From: Octopus sinensis
Taxonomy: Eukaryota
NCBI RefSeq assembly: GCF_006345805.1
Contig: NC_043009.1
Span: 57,474,001-57,538,000, forward strand
Reading direction: 5' to 3'
DNA: 64,000 nucleotides
Every line of letters begins with the position of its first letter. Position 1 is the stretch's first letter. Positions 23,847 to 37,949 of the stretch are shown here, piece after piece. The notes beneath the pieces are model-generated. The model ran no database searches. It worked only from the letters and a program-made list of their open reading frames with translations, and had not been told where the DNA came from. A program made the position numbers and the translations under genes.

Positions 23847-24389
23847 CATCCATATATATATATATATATATATCTATTATATATATAATATATATATAAA
23901 TGTATGTATGCATATATCGCAACTGGTAATGTATATTTGTTTACAGCAATTTTTTTTAACATTTAAATCTACACACACACGCACACACACACACACACAC
24001 GCGCACACACACACACACATACATACACACACACACGCACACACACATGCACCCACACAGAGGACAACGACTGCCAAATCGATATCTTTCGCGTCCCACG
24101 AGGGGATTCTTCCTAGAACTCGCATGTCAGATCACTACTTTTGGCAACGGTGAGGCCCAGATTTTGGTGCCAATGAATATATCGTCAACAACATTCTGAG
24201 TTCAAACTCTCACCGCGGAAGATTTTACGTTTTAGCTTTATTCCCTCTCAGATGTTCATCGAAATATCAGTAATATAATTAGGGTTATATTTAATTACCT
24301 ATTTAATATACCCCTTCCATAATTCTGACCTTCCGCTATCCAATGTAAGACATCCTTATTCTGATATTTCTGTGACAATCAGTTATCCT

Positions 24390-24552
24390 TTATTTTCATT
24401 GCTTCAGCCATTGGACTGCGGTCATGCTGGGGCATCGCCTTGAATGGTTTTAGAACAAATCAACTCCAGTACTTTATTTTCCTATCGGTCATTATTGCCT
24501 AACCGTAAGGTGATCAATCGCCAAGATGGTGGCGGTGGGACAAACCCCCCAA

Positions 24553-24596
<44 letters not shown>

Positions 24597-24646
24597 TATA
24601 TATACACACACACATATATATATATATATATATTATGTTATTTATG

Positions 24647-24688
<42 letters not shown>

Positions 24689-24823
24689 GTTATATATATA
24701 TGTATATCCTTAAAATCCTTAAAAATCCTTAAAAATATTTTAGCCCGAAGGCCGGCGGCCATGCTGGGGCACCACCGCTGAGCTCTGTGGTCAGTAACTA
24801 GACCTTAGAAGGTCTGGAGTCAA

Positions 24824-24854
<31 letters not shown>

Positions 24855-25030
24855 ATGATAGCCTTCAGCGCAGTTTCTGGTTTCTGTTTACTAAAATCTC
24901 TCACATGGCGTTGGTGACCCAGTGGCTTTAGTAGAAAACATTTTTTGCCGAAGGTACTGCGCAGTAGGACTGAACCCCCAACCCACGTGATTGCAAAGCG
25001 ACTTTCTCAACCACACACCCAAACCTGCAC
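24390..25030 (-). mobile_element. SINE family B (decayed, with internal insertions)
   Basis: Tail GACTGCGGTCATGCTGGGGCATCGCC near 24415 and head near 24950-25030; contains the 3' end of a second element with an (AAAATCCTT)3 tail at ~24705-24820. Confidence 0.6.
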
Positions 25031-25054
25031 CTAAATATTTTTTACAAAAACTCA

Positions 25055-25430
25055 GGCAGGCAGCGAGCAACATTTCTTCTGACTTTGTGTTCTGAGCTCA
25101 AATGCCGCCGGTATCAAGATTGCCTTTTTTTAAAATCTTTTTAGGGGTCAATAAAATAAGGACCAGAAGAACACGGATCAATGTAATCAACTGAGCCCCT
25201 TCTCCCAAAATTCCAGGCCCTGTGCCAAAGTTTGAAATTAATATTTATTACGAAAACTAAGGCGGTGAGTAGGCGGAATCTTAACCACGCCGGACAAAAT
25301 ACTTCACAGAATTTCTTCCGACTTTGCTTTCATTGTTTCCGGGGGTCAATAAAATGAGTACCGGTTGCAACACTGGGGCCGATGCAATCGACTTATCGCC
25401 CCCCGCCCCGAAAATTACTGGGCTTGGGGT
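25055..25430 (+). mobile_element. Two adjacent decayed SINE family A copies
   Basis: Heads at ~25055 and 25261 (GGCGGTGAGTAGGCGGAA). Confidence 0.7.
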
Positions 25431-25649
25431 TAGGGTTAGGGTTAAACTTAAAGCTATTATTTATTGCAAAGACACAGATCTTCCTGCATTTTTATATGTT
25501 TTCAGAGGAAGTGCAGATTCAACCGAGATTCGAAACACAGACCACGTAGTCAACGGTCCCTCATCGTAGTCCTCTCAGCCATTTTTCACTGCTTCATAAA
25601 ACACGTAATATATACATACATACATTATAGATATATATAGATTGTATAT

Positions 25650-26210
<561 letters not shown>

Positions 26211-26212
26211 GA

Positions 26213-26245
<33 letters not shown>

Positions 26246-26274
26246 ATATTCTTTCTTTTCTTTTATACTACTAC

Positions 26275-26306
<32 letters not shown>

Positions 26307-26737
26307 TATATAATTATATATATATATATAATATATATATGTATATAATGTATATATATGTATATATATATGTATATGTATGTATTGTACACGAATACGT
26401 TTTAAATAGTTAAATGCGTAATAGATGAGAAGAGAGAAAGTGAACATTGTAAGCCCTGGCTGGGATTTTAATCTAGAGTTAATCAGAATGTATAAAAAAA
26501 CATGCAAGTTGCATTGGTTGCGTAGACTGAGAAGAGTGGTGGTGGTGGTGGTGGTGGTGGTGGTGATGGTGGGGGCAGAGGTGCAGGGTTATAGATCGGG
26601 ATAAGTAAATGGAAATATGACTGCGCATATGTTGCAGCAAAGTGTTGCACATGTGCAACATTGTGCAAGTATAACAAGTGATAGCGATAACGACCTAAAA
26701 AAACACAAAAACGCATATATATATATATATATATATC

Positions 26738-27330
26738 ACCCCCGCCTTCACCACCACCACCACCGCCGCCGCCGCCGCCACCACCACCACCACCACCACC
26801 GCCACCACCAACACCATCACCATCGCCAGCATCAATACTACCACATCCACCACGACCCACTACTACTACTACTGCTACTACTACTAACTAACTAATGTTC
26901 GTCCTTCGGTTCGAAGATGACCAACTGACATCATCTGATGGAACTGCCGCCATGAGACCGGAGGTGGCTGGTGAGGCCAATCCGGGCAAGGAAGCCCCTC
27001 CCACAGGTACTATTACTACTACTGAATCGTGGCCAAGAAGACCATAATCAATGCCGCCGCCCCACCGCTGCCGCCACCACCACCACCACTACCACTACCA
27101 CCACCACAACCACCACCACCACCACAACTACTACTAGCCGCTTATACCATTGTCGTCACCACGACAACGATCACTACTACTACTACTACTACTACTACTA
27201 AATAACAATGATGTCGACGACCGCTACCGGCGCCGTCACCGCCACCCTCAAAACCACCACCACCACCACTACCAATACCAACACCACCACAACTACCACT
27301 ACTATCAATGCCACGCCACTATAGTCCCAT
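26738..27330. repeat. Compound (CCA)/(CCG)/(CTA) microsatellite region
   Basis: Directly visible. Confidence 0.85.
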
Positions 27331-27569
27331 CAACAACAACACAAATATTGACACTAACTTCACCACCACCTCCAATACCATCTGCAACTTACTATTACAC
27401 CACCACACCAACACCAAGATCAACACCAATACCATTAAAATTACCGCCACCAGCTGCGGGACCTGAAAACTTGAAATATAATTAGTCATCATACTTAATT
27501 ACATAAGCACACATACACACACACGCACAAGACAAAAATACTTGGTGTTATATTCACACAATTTTGGTG

Positions 27570-28355
27570 ACACCTCCATAACATCTATAGACCTCCATAA
27601 CATGCACAATACCTTTGCAATATATATAGACCCTCATAGCAGTCACAGTACCTCTACAACATATATAGACCCTCATAATAGTCACAGTACCTCTACAACA
27701 TATATAAACCCTCATAATAGTCACAGTACCTCTACAAGATATATAGGCCCTCATAGCAGTCACAATACCTTTACAACATATATAGACCCTCATAGTAGTC
27801 ACAGTACCTCTACAACATATATAGACCCTTATAATAGTCACAGTACCTCTACAACATATATAGACCCTCGTAGCTGTCATAGTACATCTACAACATACAT
27901 AGGCCATCATAGCAGTCACAGTACCTCTATAACATATATAGACCTTCGTAGCAATCAAAGTACCTCTACAACATATATAGACCCTCATAGCATCACAGTA
28001 CCTCAACAAGATGTATAGAGCCTCGTAGCAGTCAAAGTACCTCTACAACATATATAGACCCTCATAGCAACCAAAGTACCCCTATAACATATATAGACCC
28101 TCATAACCGTCACAGTACCTCTACAACATATATCGGCCCTCATAACAGTCACAGTACGTCTACAACACGTATAGACCACCATCTCATTCACAGTACCTCT
28201 ACAACATATATAGAGCTCCATAGAAGTCACAGTGCCTCTATAGCATATATAGATATCCACAGCAATCCCAGGACCTCTACAGCATATATAGACCTGCATC
28301 CCATTCATAGTACCTCTACAACATGTATAGAGCTCCATAGAAGTCACAGTACCTT
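27570..28355. repeat. 39-bp minisatellite, about 20 copies
   Basis: Unit ATATATAGACCCTCATAGCAGTCACAGTACCTCTACAAC; reads as a 13-aa repeat TTYIDPHSSHSTS in ORF 27542..28018. Confidence 0.95.
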
Positions 28356-29283
28356 GACATTGTTCACAGCATCCCCAGAAGTCATTGCAAAGGAAGCAAA
28401 ATGGTTTACAAATCTACTTAAAGCAACCACAGCTTCTACATTTGCTCAAGAAAAAGAAACAACTAAATTAATGTACAGATGATATATGGTATATCTATCC
28501 TTGTACTTTGCCAGTCCTGCTTAGGCCTCAATCACTCCGCAACAAATCACAATAAACTACAAGGATCGAAAAACAATGCCCTTCGAGTCATTAGAGGTTG
28601 CACACGGACCTCACTCACAGACTACCCATGAAATATACAGTGGGCTTTGATTTAAGCACAAAAGCAGCGGTTTTGTAAGGACAGGAGAGGGTTGGACGAT
28701 AATATCTATCCCAGTACTTGATCGGAACTTTATTTTATCAAACTCGGATGGATGAAAGTAAGGTTGACTTTGGCAGGATTTGAACGTACATATGAAATAT
28801 ACGTTGAAAACAAACGTAAACCAACTGCATATGGGAAGAGCCCAGTTTGTTCCGGTTGCAAACTGCAATTCACATTCTGCTCTACGACATGAATAAATCA
28901 ATTCCAAACACATTGAGCCATAGCCAATGCTTCAGAAGACTACTTCATTGTTTCTAAAATCCTCTTTCCTTCACTCAGCGCGGATACGCATAAGGAACGT
29001 GTACACAAAAGCAGCTGCGACGGCAGTGGTATTGATATACTCTAATTTCCAAGTGTAATGCACACCATTAGCAAAAAAAATAGAGGGAGAGCAACTATCA
29101 GCGCGCTGATCGAGACTACTTTTACACGCCTCCGCTGTGCCAACCACAAAAATCTATGGACGACCAAAAATAGACACTGAACAGAATATAATATGGCGAG
29201 ATTGTTATACTGCACCCAATGTGATTCATAATTGCATTTAGGAGTGTGCAGTATTTGTAGACGCATATACATACATATATATA

Positions 29284-29343
<60 letters not shown>

Positions 29344-30921
29344 GTATATATTTACATAAAACATCTCTATACAAAATAAGTTCAAGGAAGCTTTAAATAA
29401 AATGTCTAGGGAAACGGGTGGAGTGGTAACAGTGTCACAAAATAGCTTTGCATACATGTATAGTTAAGACAGCGAATAAAAGTTAGTAATAAAATATAGA
29501 AACACGACAATAAGACGCTAATAAAATGAAACTCGATTGTTATAAAAAACTAATAAAATATTAAAATGAACGAAATAGTATTGAGCTAGGTACTTGTTAA
29601 TACTTAATATTTAAAGAGACGAGGATCAGCCATATTTGGTGGAAAAACAATGTAGAGAGAGTGTGTCCCCAAAATTCAGCTGTTTTGAAGGGAGAAAAAC
29701 ACAAAGGGTTTGTGGATGGAATATGCGATGCATATGTGAGATATTCGGGAGGCATGAATGCGATTCGCTAAATTTGGCAAACAGAGTTCGGATAGGAAAT
29801 TTCTGGAGTGGTGGGACCAAGGAATGGAAGCTCACCCGAACAGTTTCCATGGAAGTAACAGAAGGAAAAAGCCAGACGAATGATGCTCCATCGATGACTG
29901 AACAATTGCAGTGACGAAAAGAACTCATTTATGCAATTATGTATTCAATTTTGCGGGTCATCAAGTGTGGACAACATATATTTGGAGATTCAAACGAAAT
30001 GTGTGAGCAGCTTTGAACGGATATGGCTTTTGTAGATAATACAACAGAACTTCAAATACGAGGAGCTTTTGTAAGGAATAGGACAAGTCCACAATTCAAG
30101 CCACCGCACTGCCAAAAGACGTAATGTAGAAAAGATGATGCGAATATAAGACCATCGAGCCTATCCAAAGAGATTTCTTCGAAATAGTACTCTTCATCGA
30201 AATAAGAAATATGTGGAATATTAGGATGGGAGCAGATATATACTAAATTGGTCTTCGAAGCATCAAATATAACAAAAGATTCGTTTTCTAATGGCATGGA
30301 GGCCGGTAGGCCATTGAGAAAAATCTGGAATAAAGTTCAAGGGGTGGCGTCTTTTATAGGTGAAATCTTAAAATTTGGCGCCATCAGAAGAAATGTCAGT
30401 AAAAGCTTTTATTATTTTGCTAGATAAAGCGGGGCAGTTTGCGCTGGGAAGGGGTGGAGTATGCCTGCGTTGCTTCAAAACTAGCGCAGGAATGAGGTGA
30501 AAGAAACAACAGTCATTAAATATTTAGTGCAGAATTAAGTAAATCTAAATTTAAACCAGGTCTGGAATTATAAACATGCGGTCATTTAATAAAAAAAAAA
30601 AACACACACACACTATCGCGCACGCACAGGCACACACACACACGCGCGCGCGCGCAAAGATATATGTACAAACAAGTTCATTATATCAAAAGTTGACAAG
30701 TCACTCGGAGTTTCGCCCCGAGCTCAGCTATTCACGACTGTGATATTTATGGGTTGACTCTCTAGGTCTAGAGGCGAAATTTGAAGCCATAATTAACCCG
30801 TATACACACACACACACACACACGCACACACTCATATACATTATGTATACATACATATATATACATATGTATTTACATATATATACATATGTATTTACAT
30901 ATATATACATATACACATATA

Positions 30922-32221
30922 CGAGGGGAAGTCAAAAATTATCCGTACTTCTGCCATAACATATCTTTATTATTGTCACACTGCCTTCTGTGCATGCGTG
31001 CTTATAGTTGGTACTTTTGTGGTCACGTGATCGAAATTTGAGTCTGATCGCGCCATTTTTCTTTCTGGCTTTACAGTGTAAACATGGCCGCTCCACTAGC
31101 AATGTGCACCAAAGAAGAACCAAGTGCAGTGATCTGATTTCTATGGTCATAGGGTGTGTCAGGTACTGAAATTCATCGGAGGCTTTTGGCACAATACTGT
31201 CACAGTGCACTACCACGTAGACGTGTGTATGAGTGGATCGAGAAGTTTAAAAGTGGCCGGACAAAGCGTGACGCACGAAGAGGGAATAGGACGCCCGTCA
31301 ATATCCACCACTGATGAGGAGATTCTGTAAGCTTGAAAGATGGCAATGGTTAACCGGCGAGTTATCATCGTTTTCTGCAGATTTGTTATAGTTCTGCCCA
31401 TCAAATGATCCACGATGAGCTCGGCTTTCATAAAGTTTGTGCAAGATGGTTGCCAAGAGAGCTTACTGTAGAGCACAAGTGCATACATCTTGAGATCAGC
31501 CAACGTTTAATCGATCGTTACAACAATGAGGGCGAAGAATTTTAGAGTAGAATAGTCTCAGATGAAATGTGGGTCCATCATTATGAGGGAGAATCCAAAA
31601 GACAGAGTATGGAGTAGAAATATCCTGGCTCGCTAGCAACGAAGAAATTCAAGACTCAGTCTTTCACGGGAAAGGTGATGCTAATCCTTTTTTGGGGACT
31701 CAAAAGGGTCTGTACTGGAAGACAAATCGGTAAAGGAGAGTACGATCAGCAGTGCAAGATACAGTGCTTTGCTGGCCAACAAAATGAAGCCAGCAATTCG
31801 CACCAAACGCCGAAGCCTATTGTCGAAGAAACCTTTATTGTTGCATGACAATGCACGCCCACAAACGACTGCCCAGATCGTTGAAACCATTAACCAACTG
31901 GGTTTTGAGGTGCTGGAACATCTTGCCTACAGCCCAGATTTCACCACTTCCGACTTTTATATAGTTGGACCGCTCAAAGATGGTTTATGAGGTCGTCGAT
32001 GACCTACGGATGAAGATGTGAAGGAAGCGGAGCATAAATGGTTGCACGCCCAAAAGAAAACCTTCATGGAAGGAATACGCAAGCTTGTGGATCGCTGGAC
32101 CAAGTGCATCAAAAATGCAGGAGACTATATAGAAAAATGACGTACTTGTTTATCCCTTTAATTTTGTGTAAATACATTGAAAAAAAAAACAAGAGAACGC
32201 ATAATTTATGACTCTCCCTTG
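30922..32221 (+). mobile_element. Full-length decayed mariner transposon (~1.3 kb)
   Basis: TIRs CGAGGGGAAGTCAAAAATTATCCGTAC / GAACGCATAATTTATGACTCTCCCTTG enclose a transposase remnant. Confidence 0.92.
31084..32140 (+). pseudogene. Mariner DD34D transposase pseudogene
   Basis: MAAPLAMCTKEE..., ARWLPRELT (WVPHEL motif), DEMWVHHYE, LLHDNARP, HLAYSPDFTTSDF (YSPDL motif), GDYIEK*; several stops and frameshifts. Confidence 0.92.
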
Positions 32222-32572
32222 TGTCTGTCTGTCTCTGTGTGTGTATCTTCTAGGATCTCGGGCATCCTCCATCCGATTGCGCTCAAAGTTGATATGTAGA
32301 TACCGACGGTATCAGGGCGTGTATAAGTCTTGAAAAAATTACAAAAATCGGTTCCAGGTGAGAATGCGATCGATAAAGCCGTAGGAAAGTGCTCTTGTGC
32401 GCGCAAGTACATCAGTCGAAATCCGTTTTTTGATGGTGTCTGAAATTTAGGTTAAATCAGTGTTTCTCAAAGGGGAGGCCTATGGGACGGTCGGACAAGT
32501 TGTTTTGAGAAAATTTGGTTTAAATGTTTGACAACTCAGCACCGTCCATTGGACGGGGGTGTTTTGCTCGTA
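32222..32572 (+). mobile_element. Helentron/DINE-1-like non-autonomous rolling-circle element
   Basis: (GTCT)/(GT) start, CATCCGATTGCGCTCAAAGTTG core, 3' hairpin CCGTCC-ATT-GGACGG followed by TTTTGCTCGT. Confidence 0.5.
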
Positions 32573-32591
32573 CACACACACACACACACAA

Positions 32592-32635
<44 letters not shown>

Positions 32636-33247
32636 ACACACACACACACACACACATGATTAATCGCCAATATGCATCTAAACATATACGTGCACATTTA
32701 CTGATGAATCACACACACTTCAGTTGATACCGAAGCACTTCAGTCAGTATTTGTACGTTTTCTTCTCAACAATTTCGAAGGCCAAAGGTGACAAAATATT
32801 TACCAAAATAGAAATCATTCTTTTGATAATTGATAAAAACGAGCCGAATATAGATATGAAACGTGTGTGTGTGTGTATGTTGCTATACGTATGTTAATAG
32901 GTAAGTGCGCTGCACGTGTGTGCACATGCATCTATGTGTAGGTGTGTAAGTGTGCAGTGAAATACAGGTAACGAAGTAGGTGGATGATAAATATATATAT
33001 ATACAGGAGTTGTGTGTGTGTGGCGGGGGTGGCCTGGTTTGGTGGTGATAGTGGAAGGGTCGGTGGTGCCGCTGGTGCCGCTGGTGCCGCTGGTGGTGAG
33101 TGCTTATTTTTCTTTGGGGTGGTGGTAGTGTTGTGTGTGTGTGTGTGTGTGTTTATGTGTGTGTAGGGGTGGAATGGAGAATTTGAACTTGACGTGTAAA
33201 CATAAGGATTCGGAGTATCGGTGATGATGTGTTCTGCTGCGTAGCTG

Positions 33248-33316
<69 letters not shown>

Positions 33317-33384
33317 GTATATTCTGGGCTCTCCGTTCATTAACTCTTCCGTCTTATTTTGATACGCATCCTCACTTACGGTCA

Positions 33385-33800
33385 TCAATGAAAGAGTAAG
33401 ATCGCAAATACTAGCGGCCGCAATGGGGTACTTCCGAAAGATCTCTCGAATAACCTTGATCGATAGGAAGCGTAGCTCGGAGATGAGAGAATCTCTCCAG
33501 ATCGATTCACTGCTTCTCCGGATTGAGAGGTCACAACTCCGGTTCTACTGACATGTTATTAGAATGTCGCAGGAAAGAAGAACGAAACGGATTCTTCAAG
33601 CTGAGGCATCCTTCACGAAACCTAGGGGATAGACCAAGAGTAAGGTGGCTGGGTAATATCCACTTTTCCAGTCGGTCACGCTTGGAAAACAAGCCTGGAA
33701 ATATAATGATGGTTGCTTCTGATAGGACTCTATGGAAGAAATGCCTGACGATTCTACCCCTACAGCTTGCAGGGGACATAGGGGTAAGAACGTGATGATT
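33385..33800 (+). mobile_element. RTE-clade (Expander/Rex3-like) LINE 3' fragment
   Basis: Translates ERVRSQILAAAMGYFRKISRITLIDRKRSSEMRESLQIDSLLLRIERSQLRFY*HVIRM...RPRVRWL, typical of an RTE C-terminus. Confidence 0.85.
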
Positions 33801-34276
33801 GGATAATATCTATAGCTTGCGTTGGTCACGCACGGGTATCCAGCCGAAAAATTTACTGTCGGTTGTGTCTGATAAGGCCCTAAGGTATTGGTTCCCAACC
33901 TTTTCACTACCAAGAACCCCTTTTATTTAAATGAGTTTTCCTACGGACCCCAGGATATTGAAAGGGCAGTCAGCTTAACATGTTCCGGACCCTCAGTACA
34001 AGCTTTGCGGACTACAGGTGGGGAACCACTGTTCTATGGAGAAGGTGCCTGAGCACTCTACCTCGACAACCCTCCCAGGGATAAAGGGTTGCGAAAAGAA
34101 ACAGATGGATGACAGTAACAAAGACTTCTTTATTTAATGTCCTAAAAGTTTAAGATGGTGAAAAGTGTTTTGAGGTATATTTACTGCTATTTCAAACAGA
34201 TCGTGTGGCTGCGTAGGGATGACTCATCTATTGGTTAGTTAGTGATGATGGCGGTGTTGTTGTTGGGGGTGATTTG

Positions 34277-34445
34277 TTATTTCTTTATTGCCCACAAGGG
34301 GCTAAACATAGAGGGGACAAACAAGGGCAGACAAAGGGATTAAGTCGATTACAGCGACTCCAGTGCGTAACTGGTACTTAATTTATCGACCCCGAAAGGA
34401 TGAAAGTCAAAGTCGGCCTCGGCGGAATTTGAACTCAGAACGTAA
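34277..34445 (-). mobile_element. SINE family A (5'-truncated)
   Basis: Reverse-complement match to family A. Confidence 0.85.
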
Positions 34446-34662
34446 GGTGGTGGTGATTTGTGTTGCGATGTTGACGGCGTGTGTGTAGATGAATGCATGC
34501 TGTGTGTGTGTGTGTGTGTGGGGGGGTGTATCGGTGTATGATAATAGTGTCTGTTACCTTTACTGCTGTGATAACATGACCCCTATCTATTAATGATAAC
34601 GAAGGACCGAAAAAACAGTAAACAAGATATAGATTGCCGTCAATACCCTTATTTTGATTACG

Positions 34663-34800
34663 ATGATAAAGATGATGATGATGATGATGATCATCATCAT
34701 CATCATCATCGTCGTCTTCTTCTTCTTCTTCTTCTTCTTCTTCTTCTTCTTCTTTTTCTTCTTCTTCTTCTTCTTCTTCTTCTTCTTCTTCTTCTTCTTC
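34663..34800. repeat. (GAT)n/(CAT)n/(CTT)n microsatellite
   Basis: Directly visible; explains the poly-E/D/H ORF 34435..35127. Confidence 0.95.
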
Positions 34801-35065
34801 TTTCAATTTTGTTCCCATTTCTTGCCGAGTGTCTTCCCGACATCTAAGGCAAAGAAACTCACTGTATACATTGGTGGGCCATTGAAATAAACACCCCAGA
34901 TTGTTCACTTGCAATCCATTACATAGAGGCAGAACCATCAAAGCTAATAAACCGGATATTGTTAAGGCTCGCAAATAATTTTGGCCTTTTCGATCACTTG
35001 CAGTCGATGTAATCGATGTGCCCATTCCACGTAAAATTCCAGGCTTTGTGCTTATAATAGAAAGA

Positions 35066-35124
<59 letters not shown>

Positions 35125-35160
35125 CATTATTATTATTTTTATTATTATTATTATTATTAT

Positions 35161-35706
35161 TGAGTGAGAGAGCAGTGCATGCCATCAAATTGACACTGGG
35201 GTAAAATATACGAAGCCCAGTATACTCATCATAACTATCCGCCTGATGAGGATACACCAGGCATATGCATCACAGCCATATGTGCATGACATGGTGATCT
35301 CATATCAAGATAAACAGCACATGATCTTCCGGGTGGGGCCTAGTTAGAATTTTCTTCAGGTCGTGTAGCCCATCCTGCTCAAAAGGTCCCTGAATAAGAG
35401 TTGTTTAAGGATGTTGAATGAAACAGCAATGTTTTCAAATGTGAATTATCGAAACCCCAAAGAACTCCTCTCAACACATGGCTATGATGTTCTTTCACTA
35501 CTTCTGCCCGTGATCAGAGATGCACATATCGTCAGGCATTAAGGGACATGCTCAACTGGTTAAGGTCAAACAACCGACAAGCAAATCTGTGGTATTGAGT
35601 AGAATATTTGATGTAGCCCATCTTTAATATAAAGACAAAACAATGTACATGATGACACTTCTTATCATTTGAGATCAAAAGCCATGAGAGCCACTGCTTG
35701 GTATTG

Positions 35707-35709
<3 letters not shown>
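35161..35709. mobile_element. ~550-bp non-coding element embedded in (TAA)n repeats
   Basis: Complex sequence bounded sharply by (ATT)n at 35066-35160 and 35710-35937; no ORF; lies next to the Dong elements. Confidence 0.55.
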
Positions 35710-35787
<78 letters not shown>

Positions 35788-35860
35788 GTTGTTGTTGTTG
35801 TTGTTGTTGTTGCTTTTGTTGTTGATGTTGTTGTTGTTGTTATTATCATCATCATCATCA

Positions 35861-35920
<60 letters not shown>

Positions 35921-35936
35921 TATTATTATTATTATT

Positions 35937-37727
35937 CAGTAGTGTGCCTTGGGTATGTGCTGTGATTTGTTGTGATGCTCTGATGGTTATTGTATGGAAA
36001 GTGTTCTGCGTAGGATGTGTGCAGTGCCTAGTAGTGCAATTTTCTGTATGTTATATGTGTTTGTAAGTCCTGGTGTTTTTGTTATGTATTTGTCTGAATA
36101 TTTTTTTATCATGCCTAATGCACCTACTATGATAGGAATTGTTTCTGTTTTCAGATTCCACATTCTAGTTACCTCTATTTCCAGGTCTTTGTATTTTGAG
36201 AGTTTCTCCATTTCTTTTAGAGACACGTTGTCATCAGCCAGTATTGATACATCAATTAGAAAGCATTTTTTTTCTTCATGATCTCTGACAACTATATCTG
36301 GTCTGTTGGCCTTAATTTCTCTATCTGTGTGTATCGGCATATCCCAGAGTATGGTTGCTTTCTCGTTTTCTGTGACCTTTTCTGGTGTGTGCCTATACCA
36401 TCTTTTTTCTGTTGTTATTCCATAATGTTGGTATAGCTTCCAATGTATGTAGGTTCCAACTCTGTCATGTCTGTGAATATATTCCTTCTTAGCCAGGACT
36501 GGGCAGCTAGAGATAATATGATTTATTGTTTCTTGTCCATCTCCACATATTCTGCAGTTACTTGTAATATTTCTTTTCATTACATGTTTTTGGTAATTTC
36601 TGGTGGGGAGGCTTTGGTCTTGTGCTGCAATTAAAAATCCCTCTGTCTCTGCTTTGAGTCCTGAGCTTCTCAACCATTGCTGGGATTTTTCTTTGTCTAT
36701 TTCTTTTGCGTTTAGTTTAGTCCAGTATTTACCATGAAGGGGCTTTTCTTGCTATCGTTTTATCATGGTTCGTTGCTGTTCTATTTTTAGTTTGGATTTC
36801 ATTTGTTTTATAGCTTTTGTTGTTTCTTCTTCATCTTCTTCTTCTTCTTCATGTTTATTAGGTGGTATGGTTTCTTGTTTGTATTTGTCAGCTTCCTTAA
36901 ATACTGAGAACAGTTTTTTGTTTTGCTCGTGTTTTGCCGCTATCTGGATCAGTTTTCCTTCCTTCTGAAGTAGATATTTTTGCAGTCCTATGGTGGTTAT
37001 TTTATAGTAGTTTTCCAGCTGTATAAGGCCTCTATCACCTTCTATACATTGTATATATAGTCTTTCTATGTCAGATTTTGGGTGATGCATCCTAGATCCT
37101 GTCATTATTTTTCTTGTTTTCCTATCTATTTTGGTCAGTTCATTTCGTGTCCAGTTAAGGATATTGTAGCTGTAACTTATAACTGGGACAGCTAAAGTGT
37201 TGATACCTATTATCTTGTTTTTAGCATTGAGCTCTGTGTTTAGTATTGATCTAACTCGTCTATAATATTCTTTTTTTATTTTCTCTTTCATTTGTGTGTG
37301 TTGTGTCTTATCTAGTTCATGGATTCCTAAGTATTTGTAAGTTTGGCTTTGGTCTAATTCTTTTATTTCATTGGTTTTATCTAGTGTGATGTTGTTACTC
37401 TTAACTAGTTTTCCTCTTTTCATGGTTACTTTGGCGCATTTTTCTAATCCAAATTTCATATCTATTTCTTTGGTAAATCCATGAACTGTCTTTAATAGGT
37501 TTCCAGCTGTTTGTCATTTGCAGCGTATAGTTTTAGGTCATCCATATATAAAAGGTGGCTGATCGTTTTGCCGCATCCAGTTCTATTTAGCATATCAGAT
37601 AGAGGTGACAGTGCCAAGCAGAAAAGGAGTGGAGAGAGCGTGTCTCCCTGGAATATTCCTCTTCTAATGGGGATGTCTTTGGTTTTCATGAGTCCCTCTT
37701 TTGTTTGGAGGTGTAGGACTGTTTGCT
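35937..37727 (-). mobile_element. R4/Dong-clade non-LTR retrotransposon, 5'-truncated (RT, CCHC, restriction-like endonuclease)
   Basis: RGIFQGDTLSPLLF and LLYMDDLKLYA (RT); CRIC..ETINHIISSC knuckle; RHD; ANRPDIVV..LIDVS..EKLSKY (RLE). One frameshift (~37495) and one stop (36752). Both ends abut (TAA)n. Confidence 0.92.
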
Positions 37728-37891
37728 TATTATTATTATTATTATTATTATATTTTATTATAATTATTATTATTATTATTATATTATTAATTATTATTAT
37801 TATCATCATCATCATTATTATTATATTATTATTATTATATTATTATTATTATATTATTATTATTATTATTATATTTATTATATCATCATTA

Positions 37892-37926
<35 letters not shown>

Positions 37927-37949
37927 TTTATTATTATTATTATTATTAT

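Noticed and set aside
27570-28355. CRISPR-like array
   Set aside because: Units are contiguous with no unique spacers; eukaryotic context and no cas genes.
29626-30300. Possible GIY-YIG or host exon remnant
   Set aside because: No convincing motif in any frame; a BLASTX would be needed.
34629-34644. 16-bp match ATAGATTGCCGTCAAT to the 590-bp array unit
   Set aside because: Similarity does not extend; insufficient to call a dispersed copy.
34435-35127. 230-aa ORF with an acidic tract
   Set aside because: Built from (ATT), (GAA), (GAT) and (CA) repeats and SINE pieces.
35655-35710. Faint U2 snRNA resemblance (TTCTTATCA, GGTATTGCA)
   Set aside because: Only short words with wrong spacing; no Sm site or branch-point pairing region.
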